Assembly: GCA_946643435.1 (NCBI GenBank)
Contig: CAMPCD010000004.1
Coordinates: 1-60,533 of the forward strand
Reading direction: 5' to 3'
Length of the DNA stretch: 60,533 nt
From: an uncultured bacterium
GTDB lineage: Bacteria; Bacillota_I; Bacilli_A; RF39; UBA660
A model generated the notes under the pieces. The model saw only the letters and a program-made list of their open reading frames with translations. It was not told where the DNA came from and ran no database searches. Below are positions 9,702-20,549 of the stretch, in pieces. The first letter of the stretch is position 1; every line of letters begins with the position of its first letter. A program made the position numbers and the translations under genes.

Positions 9702-12700
9702 TATTCTTCATCCCCTTCTATACCTGCTTCAATGTCTTCCAAATCTTCGAAATCTGGTTCTTCGTCTTCTTCATCACCAAATTCATCATCTTCTTCATCC
9801 ATTTCAGGTTCTTCTAATTCATGTTCAGGCATACTTTGTTTAATTTCACCTGTATTAGCATCTATTTCATCAATTGTAATATCATCACTTACATCTTCAG
9901 AAGATGCTTCTAATTCTCTTAAATCTCTATAGTTTCCATCTTGGTCAATTGCTTCAATATTTAATCCTAATGATTGGAATTCTTTTAACAATACTCTGAA
10001 TGCCTCAGGAATACCAACAGAATTAATATTTTCACCCTTAACTAAAGCTTCAAATACTTTAACTCTACCAATTACATCATCTGATTTAACAGTCATCATT
10101 TCTTGTAAGATGTGTGCAGCACCATATGCATATAATGCCCAAACTTCCATCTCACCAAATCTTTGACCACCAAATTGTGCTTTACCACCAAGTGGTTGTT
10201 GAGTAACTAATGAGTAAGGTCCAATTGAACGAGCATGTATCTTATCATCAACCATGTGGTCAAGTTTAATCATGTACATGATACCAACTGAAACTCTATT
10301 TTCGAATGGATCACCAGTTTTACCATCGTATAACCAAGTTTTACCATCATGGTCCATACCAGCTTCATCCATCATTTCATAAACTTCTTCTACAGATGCA
10401 CCATCGAATACTGGAGTTGATACGTATACTCCTAATTTCTTAGCAGCCATACCTAAGTGTAATTCAAGCACTTGTCCGATATTCATACGTGAAGGAACAC
10501 CTTGTGGATTTAAGATTACATCAACTGGTGTACCATCTGGTAAATATGGCATATCTTCTTCAGGTAATATTAATGAAACAACACCTTTATTACCATGACG
10601 ACCTGACATCTTGTCACCAATTTGAATCTTACGTTTTTGGATTATATATACTCTAATAGTCTTAGAAACACCAGCAGGTAATTCATCACTATTTTCTTTA
10701 GTATATACTTGAATATCATGAACGATACCACCAGCTCCATGTTGTACACGAAGTGATGTATCTCTTACTTCTCTAGTCTTTTCACCAAAGATTGCATGTA
10801 ATAACTTTTCTTCTGAAGTTAATTCTTGTACTCCTTTCGGAGTTACTTTACCAACTAAGATATCTCCATCTTTTACTTCAGTACCAATTCTTACGATACC
10901 TTCAGCATCAAGATTCTTTCTTGCTTCTTCAGAAACATTAGGAATATCTCTAGTAATTTCTTCAGGTCCAAGTTTTGTATCACGACAATCTATATCATAG
11001 TGAGCTATATGTAATGATGTAAATACATCATCTTTAACTAATCTTTCATTTAATACAACAGCATCCTCATAGTTATAACCATTTGCAGTCATGAAGGCTA
11101 CTATCATATTCTTACCTAATGCTAATTCTCCAGCATTAGTTGAAGGACCATCAGCAATAACTTGTCCTTTATGTACCTTATCTCCTTCTTTAACAATTGG
11201 AGAATGGTTGATACATGATTCAGCATTACTTCTTTCGAAGTTAGCCATGTAATATGTATCTGTATCTTTCTTAGTCTTAACTACTATTTTCTTAGCATCA
11301 GCGTATTCAACAACACCGTCTTCTTTACAAATAATAGTTGAACCAGAATCTCTTGCAGCAACATATTCAACACCAGTTCCAATGTATGGAGCTTCAGTTC
11401 TTAATAATGGTACTGCTTGTCTTTGCATGTTACATCCCATTAATGCACGAGTTGCGTCATCGTGATCTAGGAATGGAATTAATGAAGATGTAATAGATAC
11501 TATTTGTGATGGAGAAACATCAATAAAGTTTACTTTTTCAGTAGGAACGATAACTGTATCACCATTGTATCTACAAATAGTTTCATCTTCAGTAATCATA
11601 TTATTTTTATCTACTTTAATAGTAGCTTGTCCTAAATAATAATCTCTTTCATCATCAGCAGTTAAGTAAACTACTTCATCAGTAACTTTCTTATTAACTA
11701 CTTTTCTGTAAGGACTTGTAACAAAACCGTATTCATTAATCTTTGCATATGTAGATAATGAAGTAATTAAACCGATGTTTGGTCCTTCAGGAGTTTCAAT
11801 TGGACAAATTCTACCGTAGTGAGTTTCGTTAACGTCACGTACATCAATACCAGCTCTATCTCTAGATAAACCACCAGGTCCTAATGAACTTAAACGTCTC
11901 TTATCAGTTAACTCAGCTATTGGGTTAATTTGTTCCATGAATTTAGATAATTGAGATGAACCAAAGAATTCTTTCATAGCAGCAGTAACTGGTCTGATAT
12001 TAATTAAAGTCTTTGGAGTAATATTTTCGATTTCTTGAGTAGTCATTCTTTCTCTGATTACTCTTTCCATACGTGTAATACCAATCTTAAATTGGTTTTG
12101 GATTAATTCACCAACTTGTTTAACACGTCTATTACCTAATTGGTCTATTTCATCATAGTTACCAAATCCAGATAATAAATTTAAATAATAAGAACAAGAT
12201 GCATATACATCAGATATAGTTAATCTCTTAGAATCAATAGTTGGTTCATTACCAATTATAGTAATAACATTATTTTCATTCTTAGGATCAACTACCTTGA
12301 TAGTTTGAATCTTATTGTATTGATCTAAGTCTTCATTAATTCTTACATCCTTTAAGTTGTAACCATTTTCAAATAATGGTCTCATTTCTTCAAGCATGCT
12401 CTTATCAACTACTGAACCCTTAGCAGCTATAACTTTATTGCCATCTTTAATATCTTCAGCTAAAGTCATACCTAATACTCTATCTAATACATTTAACTTC
12501 TTATTAAATTTATATCTACCAACTTTTGCTAAGTCATATCTAAACTTATCGAAGAATCTTGTAATCATTTGGTTCTTAGCAGAATCTAATGTTGCAGGTT
12601 CTCCTGGTCTTAATTTTTCATAAATTTCAATTAAAGCTTCATCAGTATTTTTAGTTGAATCTTTTTCTAATGTATTCTTAATGTATTGATTATCTTCACC

Positions 12701-13333
12701 AAATAATTCAAGAATTTCTTCATCAGATGATAAACCTAATGCTCTTAATAAAGTAGTCATTGTTACTTTTCTTGTTCTATCTATTCTTACATAGATAACA
12801 TCTTTTGCATCAAGTTCATATTCTAACCAAGTACCTCTATTAGGTATTATTTGACCAGATACTACATTACGACCATTCTTATCAATTTCTTTTGTGAAAT
12901 AGATAGATGGTGATCTAACTAATTGTGAAACAATAACTCTTTCTACACCATTAACTATGAATGTACCAGCTTCAGTCATCATAGGCATGTCACCTAAGAA
13001 GATTTCTTGTTCTTTAACTTCACCAGTTTCGTTAATGAACACTCTTGCTTGTACTTTTAATGGAGCAGCATAAGTTACCATACGTTCCTTAGATTCTTTT
13101 ACAGAATATCTTGGATTGTCAAAAGAATATGAATCAAAAGCTAATGATACTTTTCCTGTAAAAGATTCAACAGGGAAGATATCTTTAAATACTTCGTCAA
13201 TTCCTTCCTTTAAAAACCATTCAAATGATTTTTTTTGAATTTCTAGCAAATCAGTTAACTCATAACTATTTGCAGTTTTAGAGAAATCGCGTCTTTCTCT
13301 TATGTCTCCGAATTTATGTACTTTGTAAGACAT
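9701..13333 (-). CDS. rpoB: DNA-directed RNA polymerase subunit beta
   Basis: Conserved beta motifs, e.g. [15 protein letters not shown] and [29 protein letters not shown]. Acidic C-terminal tail. Confidence 0.97.
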   Translation of the reverse strand: MSYKVHKFGDIRERRDFSKTANSYELTDLLEIQKKSFEWFLKEGIDEVFKDIFPVESFTGKVSLAFDSYSFDNPRYSVKESKERMVTYAAPLKVQARVFINETGEVKEQEIFLGDMPMMTEAGTFIVNGVERVIVSQLVRSPSIYFTKEIDKNGRNVVSGQIIPNRGTWLEYELDAKDVIYVRIDRTRKVTMTTLLRALGLSSDEEILELFGEDNQYIKNTLEKDSTKNTDEALIEIYEKLRPGEPATLDSAKNQMITRFFDKFRYDLAKVGRYKFNKKLNVLDRVLGMTLAEDIKDGNKVIAAKGSVVDKSMLEEMRPLFENGYNLKDVRINEDLDQYNKIQTIKVVDPKNENNVITIIGNEPTIDSKRLTISDVYASCSYYLNLLSGFGNYDEIDQLGNRRVKQVGELIQNQFKIGITRMERVIRERMTTQEIENITPKTLINIRPVTAAMKEFFGSSQLSKFMEQINPIAELTDKRRLSSLGPGGLSRDRAGIDVRDVNETHYGRICPIETPEGPNIGLITSLSTYAKINEYGFVTSPYRKVVNKKVTDEVVYLTADDERDYYLGQATIKVDKNNMITEDETICRYNGDTVIVPTEKVNFIDVSPSQIVSITSSLIPFLDHDDATRALMGCNMQRQAVPLLRTEAPYIGTGVEYVAARDSGSTIICKEDGVVEYADAKKIVVKTKKDTDTYYMANFERSNAESCINHSPIVKEGDKVHKGQVIADGPSTNAGELALGKNMIVAFMTANGYNYEDAVVLNERLVKDDVFTSLHIAHYDIDCRDTKLGPEEITRDIPNVSEEARKNLDAEGIVRIGTEVKDGDILVGKVTPKGVQELTSEEKLLHAIFGEKTREVRDTSLRVQHGAGGIVHDIQVYTKENSDELPAGVSKTIRVYIIQKRKIQIGDKMSGRHGNKGVVSLILPEEDMPYLPDGTPVDVILNPQGVPSRMNIGQVLELHLGMAAKKLGVYVSTPVFDGASVEEVYEMMDEAGMDHDGKTWLYDGKTGDPFENRVSVGIMYMIKLDHMVDDKIHARSIGPYSLVTQQPLGGKAQFGGQRFGEMEVWALYAYGAAHILQEMMTVKSDDVIGRVKVFEALVKGENINSVGIPEAFRVLLKEFQSLGLNIEAIDQDGNYRDLRELEASSEDVSDDITIDEIDANTGEIKQSMPEHELEEPEMDEEDDEFGDEEDEEPDFEDLEDIEAGIEGDEE

Positions 13334-13403
13334 TCTTTCACCCCAATACTATAGATTTTTTTAAACAAATACACACGAAAAAAAGTATTTGCCACCAATT
13401 TAA

Positions 13404-13432
13404 AAGTTTACCAAAGAAATAATGATTCGTCA
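13404..13432 (-). promoter_or_regulatory. Sigma-A type promoter upstream of rpoB
   Basis: On the minus strand: TTGACG (13432-13427), 17 nt, TAAACT (13409-13404). It lies about 70 nt upstream of the rpoB ATG. Confidence 0.5.
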
Positions 13433-13495
13433 AGACAGTTTTACTCAAATGTTACGAATATCTTTAATTTCTTTAATAAAGGTCTTTAAATAGTC

Positions 13496-13524
13496 AAAAA
13501 AGTAAGTATTATCTAATACTTACT
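13496..13524 (-). terminator. Terminator (near-identical copy of the greA terminator)
   Basis: AGTAAGTA (13501-13508) / TACTTACT (13517-13524) stem, with a T-run on the minus strand. Confidence 0.6.
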
Positions 13525-13652
13525 ATCTCACTATCATCTGTTGTTGCTTGGCTACTTGGAAATTGGTATACCATAAATAGCATCAATATCAACATGATTG
13601 ATAAAATTAATAATTTAACCATTTTATTTTGTTCAAATATTTCTGTCATCAT
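13509..13652 (-). CDS. Candidate small hydrophobic protein (47 aa), not in the ORF track
   Basis: Hand translation gives MMTEIFEQNKMVKLLILSIMLILMLFMVYQFPSSQATTDDSEIVSIR. One TM-like core. TATAAT box 12 nt upstream of the ATG, no clear SD. Ends inside the terminator hairpin. Confidence 0.3.
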   Translation of the reverse strand: MMTEIFEQNKMVKLLILSIMLILMLFMVYQFPSSQATTDDSEIVSIR

Positions 13653-13724
13653 AATCACAATAACATTATATAATATACAATTTCAATTGTATATAGGTAA
13701 CTTGTTTATTTTTATATTATTTAC

Positions 13725-13754
13725 AAAAAAAGTAAGTATTACTTAATACTTACT
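13725..13754 (-). terminator. greA terminator
   Basis: AGTAAGTA (13731-13738) / TACTTACT (13747-13754) stem overlaps the last greA codons, followed by a T-run. Confidence 0.65.
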
Positions 13755-14203
13755 ACTTTTACTTTATAAGTTCCATTTGGAGATTCAACTTCGCAAGTGT
13801 CACCCTTCTTATGTCCACATATAGCTTTTCCTATAGGTGATTCATTAGATATCTTATTTTCTGCAACATTTACTTCAGTTGATCCAACAATCTTATATAC
13901 TTCTTTTTCATTGTCATCTACATATTGAATTTCAACAGTAGCACCAATTCCAATTACATCTTTTAATACTTCTACGATATTGTGGTTATCAACCATATAT
14001 TCTAATTCTTGAATTCTACCTTCAACTTTAGCTTGATCAGCTCTAGCTGCATCATAATCAGCATTTTCAGATAAGTCTCCTTGAGCTCTTGCATCTTTTA
14101 ATGCTTGAATGATTCTAGGTCTTTCTTCATTTCTTAATTTATCTAATTCTTCAATTATCTTATCTAACCCTTCTTGAGTTAAATCAATTTTCTTTTTATT
14201 CAT
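13739..14203 (-). CDS. greA: Transcription elongation factor GreA
   Basis: 154 aa. N-terminal coiled coil with the acidic tip motif DLSENADYDAA, and a C-terminal FKBP-like domain. Confidence 0.9.
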   Translation of the reverse strand: MNKKKIDLTQEGLDKIIEELDKLRNEERPRIIQALKDARAQGDLSENADYDAARADQAKVEGRIQELEYMVDNHNIVEVLKDVIGIGATVEIQYVDDNEKEVYKIVGSTEVNVAENKISNESPIGKAICGHKKGDTCEVESPNGTYKVKVVSIK

Positions 14204-14283
14204 TCTAATCAGTCCTTTTCAAAACTTACTTTTTTAATGATATAACTTTTTTTTATAGGTGTCAATGTTTTTTTGTTATACCC

Positions 14284-15471
14284 TTATATCTTGACTCTCA
14301 TCATTGAATAGCGTGGAATTTCTCTTCCTAAGTCTAAATATAATATTTCTTTTGGATGAATAGCTTTTTCTATTTCATTCATATCTTTATCATATATCTT
14401 ATTTATAGTACATGAGAATGTTTCAAATGAAGGTCCAAAGAATTCTACAACATCCCCTACCTTAAAAGTATTTCTTTCTTCTATTTCTACATATCCATCT
14501 TTATTTCCTAATACTAATCCTAAGAAATCTTGATTAGACGCTTCATCTCTACCTAAGTAATATTGTTCATTTACTCCAGGTAATTTATCATAGAATTGAG
14601 GAGATGATTCTCTATTAGCGACTCTATTTAATACTTTTAAAGCATAATCTTTGTATTCATCTGTTAAAGTATTATTTATTATCTTATCTAATATTCTTCT
14701 ATATATAAGAATAACTGTAGATACATAATAAATAGAACGCATTCTTCCTTCTATCTTAAATGAATTAACTCCATTCTTAAGCATATCTTCAATATATGAA
14801 ATCATATTTAAATCTTTAGGTGTCATGCTAAATGGTTTATCAGTTAGCTTTTCATTATCTTTTAGATAATCAAAAGTCCATCTACATATTTGTACACATC
14901 CACCACGATTTGAATCTCTATTAGTAGCATAGTTAGACATAACACATCTACCACTTATAGATGTACACATAGCTCCATGAGCAAAACATTCTAAGTCTAA
15001 TCCTGTTTTTTCTTTAATATCAATTATATCTTTTCTATTTGCTTCTCTTGCTAATACTATTCTTTTAGCACCTAATTCTTTATAGAATAATGCTGCTCCA
15101 CTATTTAAAGTAGATGCTTGAGTAGAAATATGTAATTCCATATGAAGACCTAATTCTTTATATAGATTCATAACTGATACATCACTTGCAAGGATTGCAT
15201 CAACATGAATACTATCTAAGAATAATAAGTAATCTTTTAGATTTTCTAAATCTTCATTATGAAATACTATATTAACTGTTACATAACACTTCTTACCTAT
15301 TGAATGTGCATATTCAACAGTTTCTTTCATTTCTTCTCTAGTGAAGTTCTTAGCATTTGCTCTTAAGCCAAATTCTTGTCCAGCAAAATAAATTGCATCA
15401 GCTCCATATAGGAAAGCAAATTCCATTTTTTCTTTTGAACCTGCAGGTGCAAGTAATTCTATTAATCCCAT
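14284..15471 (-). CDS. Peptidase U32 family protein (YrrO/TrhP-like)
   Basis: N-terminus ELLAPAGS..GADAIYFAG is typical of U32. Conserved position after yrrM/yrrN and before greA, as in B. subtilis. Confidence 0.75.
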   Translation of the reverse strand: MGLIELLAPAGSKEKMEFAFLYGADAIYFAGQEFGLRANAKNFTREEMKETVEYAHSIGKKCYVTVNIVFHNEDLENLKDYLLFLDSIHVDAILASDVSVMNLYKELGLHMELHISTQASTLNSGAALFYKELGAKRIVLAREANRKDIIDIKEKTGLDLECFAHGAMCTSISGRCVMSNYATNRDSNRGGCVQICRWTFDYLKDNEKLTDKPFSMTPKDLNMISYIEDMLKNGVNSFKIEGRMRSIYYVSTVILIYRRILDKIINNTLTDEYKDYALKVLNRVANRESSPQFYDKLPGVNEQYYLGRDEASNQDFLGLVLGNKDGYVEIEERNTFKVGDVVEFFGPSFETFSCTINKIYDKDMNEIEKAIHPKEILYLDLGREIPRYSMMRVKI

Positions 15472-16271
15472 TACTTATCACCTCTTCTATCATCATATTC
15501 TTTCATCTTATATGTTGTTTTCTTAAATAAGAAACCATCATTACCAAATTCTTCACCATCGATAATAGATATTATCTTACTTGGTTCTAAATCCAAATTA
15601 TATACAAGATAATATAGAATATTATTATCATCAACATCTAATTTATTAATATAGTTAAAATAAGTATTATTAAATACTGCTGTACCATACTTATTCTCTT
15701 TTAAATAGAAATTAGTATTAGTTTTCTTATCTTCAATGTTAACTCCATTAACATTATCTATATTACTGTATTTATTAAAGTTAGATACTAATGTTCTTCT
15801 TGAATACATGACCATATTTTTACCTAATACATTAAGAATAACTTTCTTATCAGACTTCTTAACTATTTCTTCTATTTCTTCTTTAGTTATTTCATTAGAT
15901 ATAACTGCAGAAGTACAACCATGGTTTAAATAATAATTAATAGAAGCATAATTAGTTACAAAGTGTGCTTGATTCCAAATAAGTTCTATATCTTTATCTT
16001 TAAGATAATATAATACACTTAAATCTTCAAAAACTACTCCTTTAAATCTATCTAGCTTATCTATTATAGATTTAAATAATTCTAGAGTTTCAGTATCAAA
16101 TACTCTATTAATCAAAAGATAAGAATTATCAGGTATAGAATCTAATTCATATTCTTGGTATCCCATAGATAGATCTTTAACTGGAAAAAGAAAATTGGAT
16201 ATGCCAACTTTCTTGTATTCATCTATCTCACTTAAATTATTAACATTAATTAATACCTTCGATTTTTCCAT
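15471..16271 (-). CDS. Peptidase U32-related protein (YrrN-like)
   Basis: Divergent U32-like N-terminus. Position between the O-methyltransferase and the larger U32 gene matches B. subtilis yrrN. Overlaps both neighbours. Confidence 0.5.
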   Translation of the reverse strand: MEKSKVLINVNNLSEIDEYKKVGISNFLFPVKDLSMGYQEYELDSIPDNSYLLINRVFDTETLELFKSIIDKLDRFKGVVFEDLSVLYYLKDKDIELIWNQAHFVTNYASINYYLNHGCTSAVISNEITKEEIEEIVKKSDKKVILNVLGKNMVMYSRRTLVSNFNKYSNIDNVNGVNIEDKKTNTNFYLKENKYGTAVFNNTYFNYINKLDVDDNNILYYLVYNLDLEPSKIISIIDGEEFGNDGFLFKKTTYKMKEYDDRRGDK

Positions 16272-16857
16272 TGTTAGCCTTATAAGTTACTGATAAACCA
16301 TCACCTATATCATAGAATTTAGTAACATATTCATCATTATCCTTTAAATATTCTATATATTGTTCAATCTTATTAACGATACCTTGAACATTTTTAGATT
16401 CTATTCTATCTTTATTTTCTACTAAACCATGAAACTTTAAATTATCAGTTATGATAACACCACGGTCTGATAAATAATATTTGAACTTATCAAAATATTT
16501 AATATATTGACCTTTAGCTGCATCGATAAATATTAAATCAAACTTGTATCCTGCTAAACTTACTTCTAATGCATCATTGAAGACTACATTAATTCTTTCA
16601 TCTAAACCACAAGTCTTAATATTCTTAATTGCTTCTTTATATCTTTTTTCATCTTTTTCAATTGTAGTTATTTCAAGATCAGCTTTATCTTTAGCCATCA
16701 TTATTGCTGAATAACCAATAGCACTACCAATCTCTAATACACTTTTAACATCATTTAATTGAATATATTTATTAATGAATTCAATTGATTCTTTCTCTAA
16801 TATAGGTACGTTATTAGCTTCTGCATAACGTTCCATATCCATAATACACTCGTTCAT
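16246..16857 (-). CDS. trmR: SAM-dependent O-methyltransferase, YrrM/TrmR-like
   Basis: Class I methyltransferase motif VLEIGSAIGYS and IDAAKGQY, typical of O-methyltransferase family 3. Synteny with yrrM. Confidence 0.6.
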   Translation of the reverse strand: MNECIMDMERYAEANNVPILEKESIEFINKYIQLNDVKSVLEIGSAIGYSAIMMAKDKADLEITTIEKDEKRYKEAIKNIKTCGLDERINVVFNDALEVSLAGYKFDLIFIDAAKGQYIKYFDKFKYYLSDRGVIITDNLKFHGLVENKDRIESKNVQGIVNKIEQYIEYLKDNDEYVTKFYDIGDGLSVTYKANNGKIEGIN

Positions 16858-16878
16858 TATAATTGATACCTCTTCTTT

Positions 16879-18036
16879 TTACCATAAATCATGTTGATCT
16901 AAATAATTAATTATTTCTACATGTCCATTATAATCTTTTGCAGCATATAATTTTCCGTTCTTATCTGCTACGAAATAATAATATTCAGTTGTAGCAGGAT
17001 TTAATGTTGCAGCTATAGATGATAAACTAGGTGAACAAATAGGTCCAATTGGTACTTTAACACAATTAGCTTGTTCTCTAGTATTATATCCATGACATAT
17101 AGTTAATACATCATCAATACTCTCTTGTAATGATCTTTTAGCATCATAATAAGTAGTTACATCACTACCTAATGGTATATCTTTGCTTAATCTGTTATTA
17201 AATACAGATGAAACAACTTCTCTTTCACTAGCAGTATTTCCATCACTTAATGCAAATTCGCCAGTTCCAGCTTCTAATTCTACCATACTAGCTAAAGTAA
17301 GTAAAGAATGAATTGATTTACCACTTGTTTCAATATCATCTTTATATACTGCTAATTTGTTTCCTAATTCAGTTAATAAAACATCAAATATTTCTTCAAT
17401 AGTAGCATTTTTTCTTATGTTATAAGTATCTGGGAATAGATATCCTTCTAATGGATAATATAACTTATCATTTAAGATATCATCTGTAATAAACCAATAC
17501 TTATTTACTAGCTTTTGAAGATATTCTTTATCTTTACCTTTATTGATTATATCTTCTGTACTTATATTATCAAATACTTTATGTATATCATCTGCATAAT
17601 CAACAAATCTTTTACCTTCAATTAATTTTAAAGAAACAGTTGCATTCTCTTTTGATTTATTTGAAGATATTAGATCAAATATTTCATCTACACTCATAGA
17701 TGGAGATATAGGATATGTTCCTTCTTTAATACCATCTCTAGGATTAATCTTTAAGTATAATTTAACTAGTTTTGCATTCTTTATTAAATGTTGTTCATAT
17801 AACTTATCTACAACAGTAGATGAACCCCATCCACTTTCAACTTTAAAATCTACAGTTGAAGTATCTTCTCTATTATAAGGTAATAAAGCATTAGCTAATA
17901 CTAAACTACCAATTACAACTACAAATATTACAACAATAAATATAGCTGCAACTATTTTCATAGCTTTTTTCTCTACAACCTTAGTATCAGGTATTTTCTT
18001 TATAAAATCATTATTCCCATCCATATTACTCACCAT
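16879..18036 (-). CDS. mltG: Endolytic murein transglycosylase MltG (YceG-like)
   Basis: N-terminal TM segment. Conserved LASMVELEA (catalytic Glu region), GYNT and PICSPS motifs. Synteny with B. subtilis yrrL. Confidence 0.85.
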   Translation of the reverse strand: MVSNMDGNNDFIKKIPDTKVVEKKAMKIVAAIFIVVIFVVVIGSLVLANALLPYNREDTSTVDFKVESGWGSSTVVDKLYEQHLIKNAKLVKLYLKINPRDGIKEGTYPISPSMSVDEIFDLISSNKSKENATVSLKLIEGKRFVDYADDIHKVFDNISTEDIINKGKDKEYLQKLVNKYWFITDDILNDKLYYPLEGYLFPDTYNIRKNATIEEIFDVLLTELGNKLAVYKDDIETSGKSIHSLLTLASMVELEAGTGEFALSDGNTASEREVVSSVFNNRLSKDIPLGSDVTTYYDAKRSLQESIDDVLTICHGYNTREQANCVKVPIGPICSPSLSSIAATLNPATTEYYYFVADKNGKLYAAKDYNGHVEIINYLDQHDLW

Positions 18037-18316
18037 CTACACTCTTTAATATTTCTTGTAATGTTGTTTGAATAATAGCCCATTCTTTATCAGTCTTGAT
18101 AGCTTTAATAATATTACTTTCTCCTGTAGGATCATAAGTTCCTGCATATACATATACATTTCCTTGTTCATCTTTTAAGTTATCAGTATAACAAATATAA
18201 CTTAATTTAGTTTCATCTGAATCAAATGTAAATAGTTTTTCACATTCATGTATATTACCTTCATGATCTTTTAAAACCATTCTATTATCATTTTCTTTTA
18301 CTATTTCTACATCCAT
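18026..18316 (-). CDS. DUF1292 family protein (YrzB-like)
   Basis: Small acidic 96-aa protein between ruvX and mltG, as yrzB is in B. subtilis. Confidence 0.6.
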   Translation of the reverse strand: MDVEIVKENDNRMVLKDHEGNIHECEKLFTFDSDETKLSYICYTDNLKDEQGNVYVYAGTYDPTGESNIIKAIKTDKEWAIIQTTLQEILKSVDGE

Positions 18317-18317
18317 G

Positions 18318-18734
18318 TTAATTCTCCTTTTTCATTCTTAGATAAGTATCAAGAATAATAGAAGCAGCTACTGCATCAATTATTTCTTTTCTCTTTTCTC
18401 TTCTCATATCTTCACCAATTAAATAATTTTCAGCTTCTACAGTCGAAAGTCTTTCATCGATAAGATTTATTTCCATATCTACTTTTTCTTCAAGTAGTTC
18501 TTTAAAGTGCATAGTACGGTTAACAGCTTCACCTAATGAATTATTCATATTCTTAGGATAACCTAAAACAAGAACTTCTATTTTTAGTTCTTTAATTATA
18601 TTAACTACTTCATCAACTAGTTTATTAACATCTTCATATCTTAATACCTTATAAGGACTAGATATAATACCTAGTTTATCAGATGTAGCTAATCCTAAAG
18701 TTTTAGTACCTAAATCCATACCTAAACACTTCAT
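18318..18734 (-). CDS. ruvX: Putative pre-16S rRNA nuclease / Holliday junction resolvase-like YqgF
   Basis: N-terminal GMDLGTKTLGLATSD motif. 138 aa. Confidence 0.85.
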   Translation of the reverse strand: MKCLGMDLGTKTLGLATSDKLGIISSPYKVLRYEDVNKLVDEVVNIIKELKIEVLVLGYPKNMNNSLGEAVNRTMHFKELLEEKVDMEINLIDERLSTVEAENYLIGEDMRREKRKEIIDAVAASIILDTYLRMKKEN

Positions 18735-18790
18735 ATATTCACCCCTAAGTTAACAATATTATAATATAAAAAGTAAGATATTAAAATACC

Positions 18791-19513
18791 TTACTCTTTA
18801 TTATATTTATTAATTAATTCGTCTATTCCTTCAAAACTTAATTTGTTTTTAAGTTTAAGTTTCTTAACACTTTCAGATGTTATTATATCTCTTTTCATCA
18901 TAGCATCTAGTGCTTCATAGTCTCCTCTAGACTTATCATCTACTTTATCATATTTAAGACAAATATCATATATTTCATTGAATGTAGAATATAATTCACT
19001 TGTTACATTTGATAAAGCAGGTGTTTTATCTACTATATTATGAGTAACTTCTGATTCATTAAAATACTTAGCAGTAAATGGTATTTGCATGAATATGAAT
19101 AATACAAAATAAATAATTATGTAATATTGTAATGCACCAAGTACTAAACCTATTAATTTACTAGGTAAAGCAAGTATTAAAGTCATATTAACTAACTTAT
19201 CTAAGATATGTGTTACCTTAATTAATAGAGATATTATTATAATTAATATTATCATAGCTATAACAAATGCGATAGCTTCATAGAATAATATATTTAATGA
19301 AGATATTCCTGAGAACATACCACCAAATTTAATAAATGGTAAGTTTTCATATAATAATATAGATATTGGATTTTTTAAGTAATAAGCTACTATAAATACT
19401 ATAATTGTACCGATTAATGATACAGCAGCACTTATTCCACCATATTTCCAACCTCTCCATGCACCAAATAAAATAGCTGCAATTATTACGATATCAATCA
19501 TTGCATTCATCAT
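18791..19513 (-). CDS. cvpA: CvpA family membrane protein
   Basis: Polytopic membrane protein with a CvpA-like N-terminus IDIVIIAAILFGAWRGWKYG. Confidence 0.6.
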   Translation of the reverse strand: MMNAMIDIVIIAAILFGAWRGWKYGGISAAVSLIGTIIVFIVAYYLKNPISILLYENLPFIKFGGMFSGISSLNILFYEAIAFVIAMIILIIIISLLIKVTHILDKLVNMTLILALPSKLIGLVLGALQYYIIIYFVLFIFMQIPFTAKYFNESEVTHNIVDKTPALSNVTSELYSTFNEIYDICLKYDKVDDKSRGDYEALDAMMKRDIITSESVKKLKLKNKLSFEGIDELINKYNKE

Positions 19514-19592
19514 ATCAACTCCTTAGTATAATTATATATATTTAACTATAAAAATACAATAAAATATGGTATTATTAACGTAAGGTGATAGC

Positions 19593-20549
19593 ATGAAAAA
19601 CCAAACTATAGTATTTAAAATATCTGATAATTTGAAGGATCAAGTTATAGATTTTTATAAAGATAGAACAATAGATAATAATCCACCTTACTCAATATTT
19701 CAAGTAAGAGATTATGATTGTACTATTACATTATATGAATCCGGCAAATTAATGTTTCAAGGTATTGGTGCTGATATAGAAGCATCTTACTGGACTGAAC
19801 AAGAAAGAGTATTAAATAATCGTGATATAAACAAAGAATTAAAAGATAAAGAAAAGAAAAAAGACGATAAGAAGAATGATGAAGATCATACTAACTATAA
19901 CAAATTCGATACTATTGGATCTGATGAAGTTGGTACAGGTGATTACTTTGGACCAATTGTCGTAACTGCATCATTTGTAGATAAATCTTCACAAAGCCTA
20001 CTTATAGATTTAGGTGTTAGAGATTCAAAAAAACTAACAGATGAAAAAATTATTCAAATAGCTCCAACTATTATTAAAAATATTCCTCATGTAACTTTTA
20101 CTTTTACACCAAAGGAATATAATAAGTTTGGAATAACAAACATGAATAAGATTAAAGCTATATTACATAATAAAGCATTATATCAATTAAAGAGTAAGAA
20201 TTTACCTTATCAAAAAATAGTAGTAGATCAATTCTGCCCACCTAATAAATTCTATGAACATATTTATAATGTTCCTAATAAGGTAACAAATATAACCTTC
20301 ACTACTCATGCTGAAGATAAATGTTTATCAGTAGCTGCTGCATCTATTATTTCTAGATATATATTCTTAAAGGAAATGAAAGCATTAAATCAAGAACTTA
20401 ATGAATTAGTTCCATTAGGAGCAGGAGTTAACGTAGATAACTTTGGTAAGATGATAGTAGAAAAATATGGGATTAATAAACTTAATGATATAGCTAAAAT
20501 TAATTTCAAAAATACAGACAAAATAAAAGAATCCTTAAATACTAAGTAA
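19593..20549 (+). CDS. rnhC: Ribonuclease HIII
   Basis: N-terminal RNase HIII-specific domain followed by an RNase HII-fold with the GSDEVGTGDYFGP active-site motif. Lys/Asp-rich linker. Confidence 0.85.
   Translation: MKNQTIVFKISDNLKDQVIDFYKDRTIDNNPPYSIFQVRDYDCTITLYESGKLMFQGIGADIEASYWTEQERVLNNRDINKELKDKEKKKDDKKNDEDHTNYNKFDTIGSDEVGTGDYFGPIVVTASFVDKSSQSLLIDLGVRDSKKLTDEKIIQIAPTIIKNIPHVTFTFTPKEYNKFGITNMNKIKAILHNKALYQLKSKNLPYQKIVVDQFCPPNKFYEHIYNVPNKVTNITFTTHAEDKCLSVAAASIISRYIFLKEMKALNQELNELVPLGAGVNVDNFGKMIVEKYGINKLNDIAKINFKNTDKIKESLNTK

Noticed and set aside
9704-9830. The highly acidic C-terminal tail of RpoB ([36 protein letters not shown]), considered as a special feature.
   Set aside because: Acidic C-terminal extensions of the beta subunit are common in Bacillota, and nothing sets this one apart without comparative data.
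9732-9932. Plus-strand ORFs in the supplied track that lie antisense inside long minus-strand genes. Examples are 570-752, 2916-3200, 4972-5385, 5890-6228, 9732-9932 (a Ser-rich ORF opposite the rpoB acidic tail), 36149-36772, 41457-41819 and 56546-57433.
   Set aside because: Each is fully embedded antisense in a well-supported conserved or long CDS. They lack SD sequences and have low-complexity, hydrophobic or Ser/Leu/Phe-rich translations, as expected from reading AT-rich codons backwards.
13381-13400. A GGTGGCAAATAC element in the rpoB leader, which briefly looked like a second GGCAAA-type riboswitch core.
   Set aside because: No GNRA-capped helix, no ACGCAAAGC box and no terminator follow it. 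It is an isolated hexamer match only.
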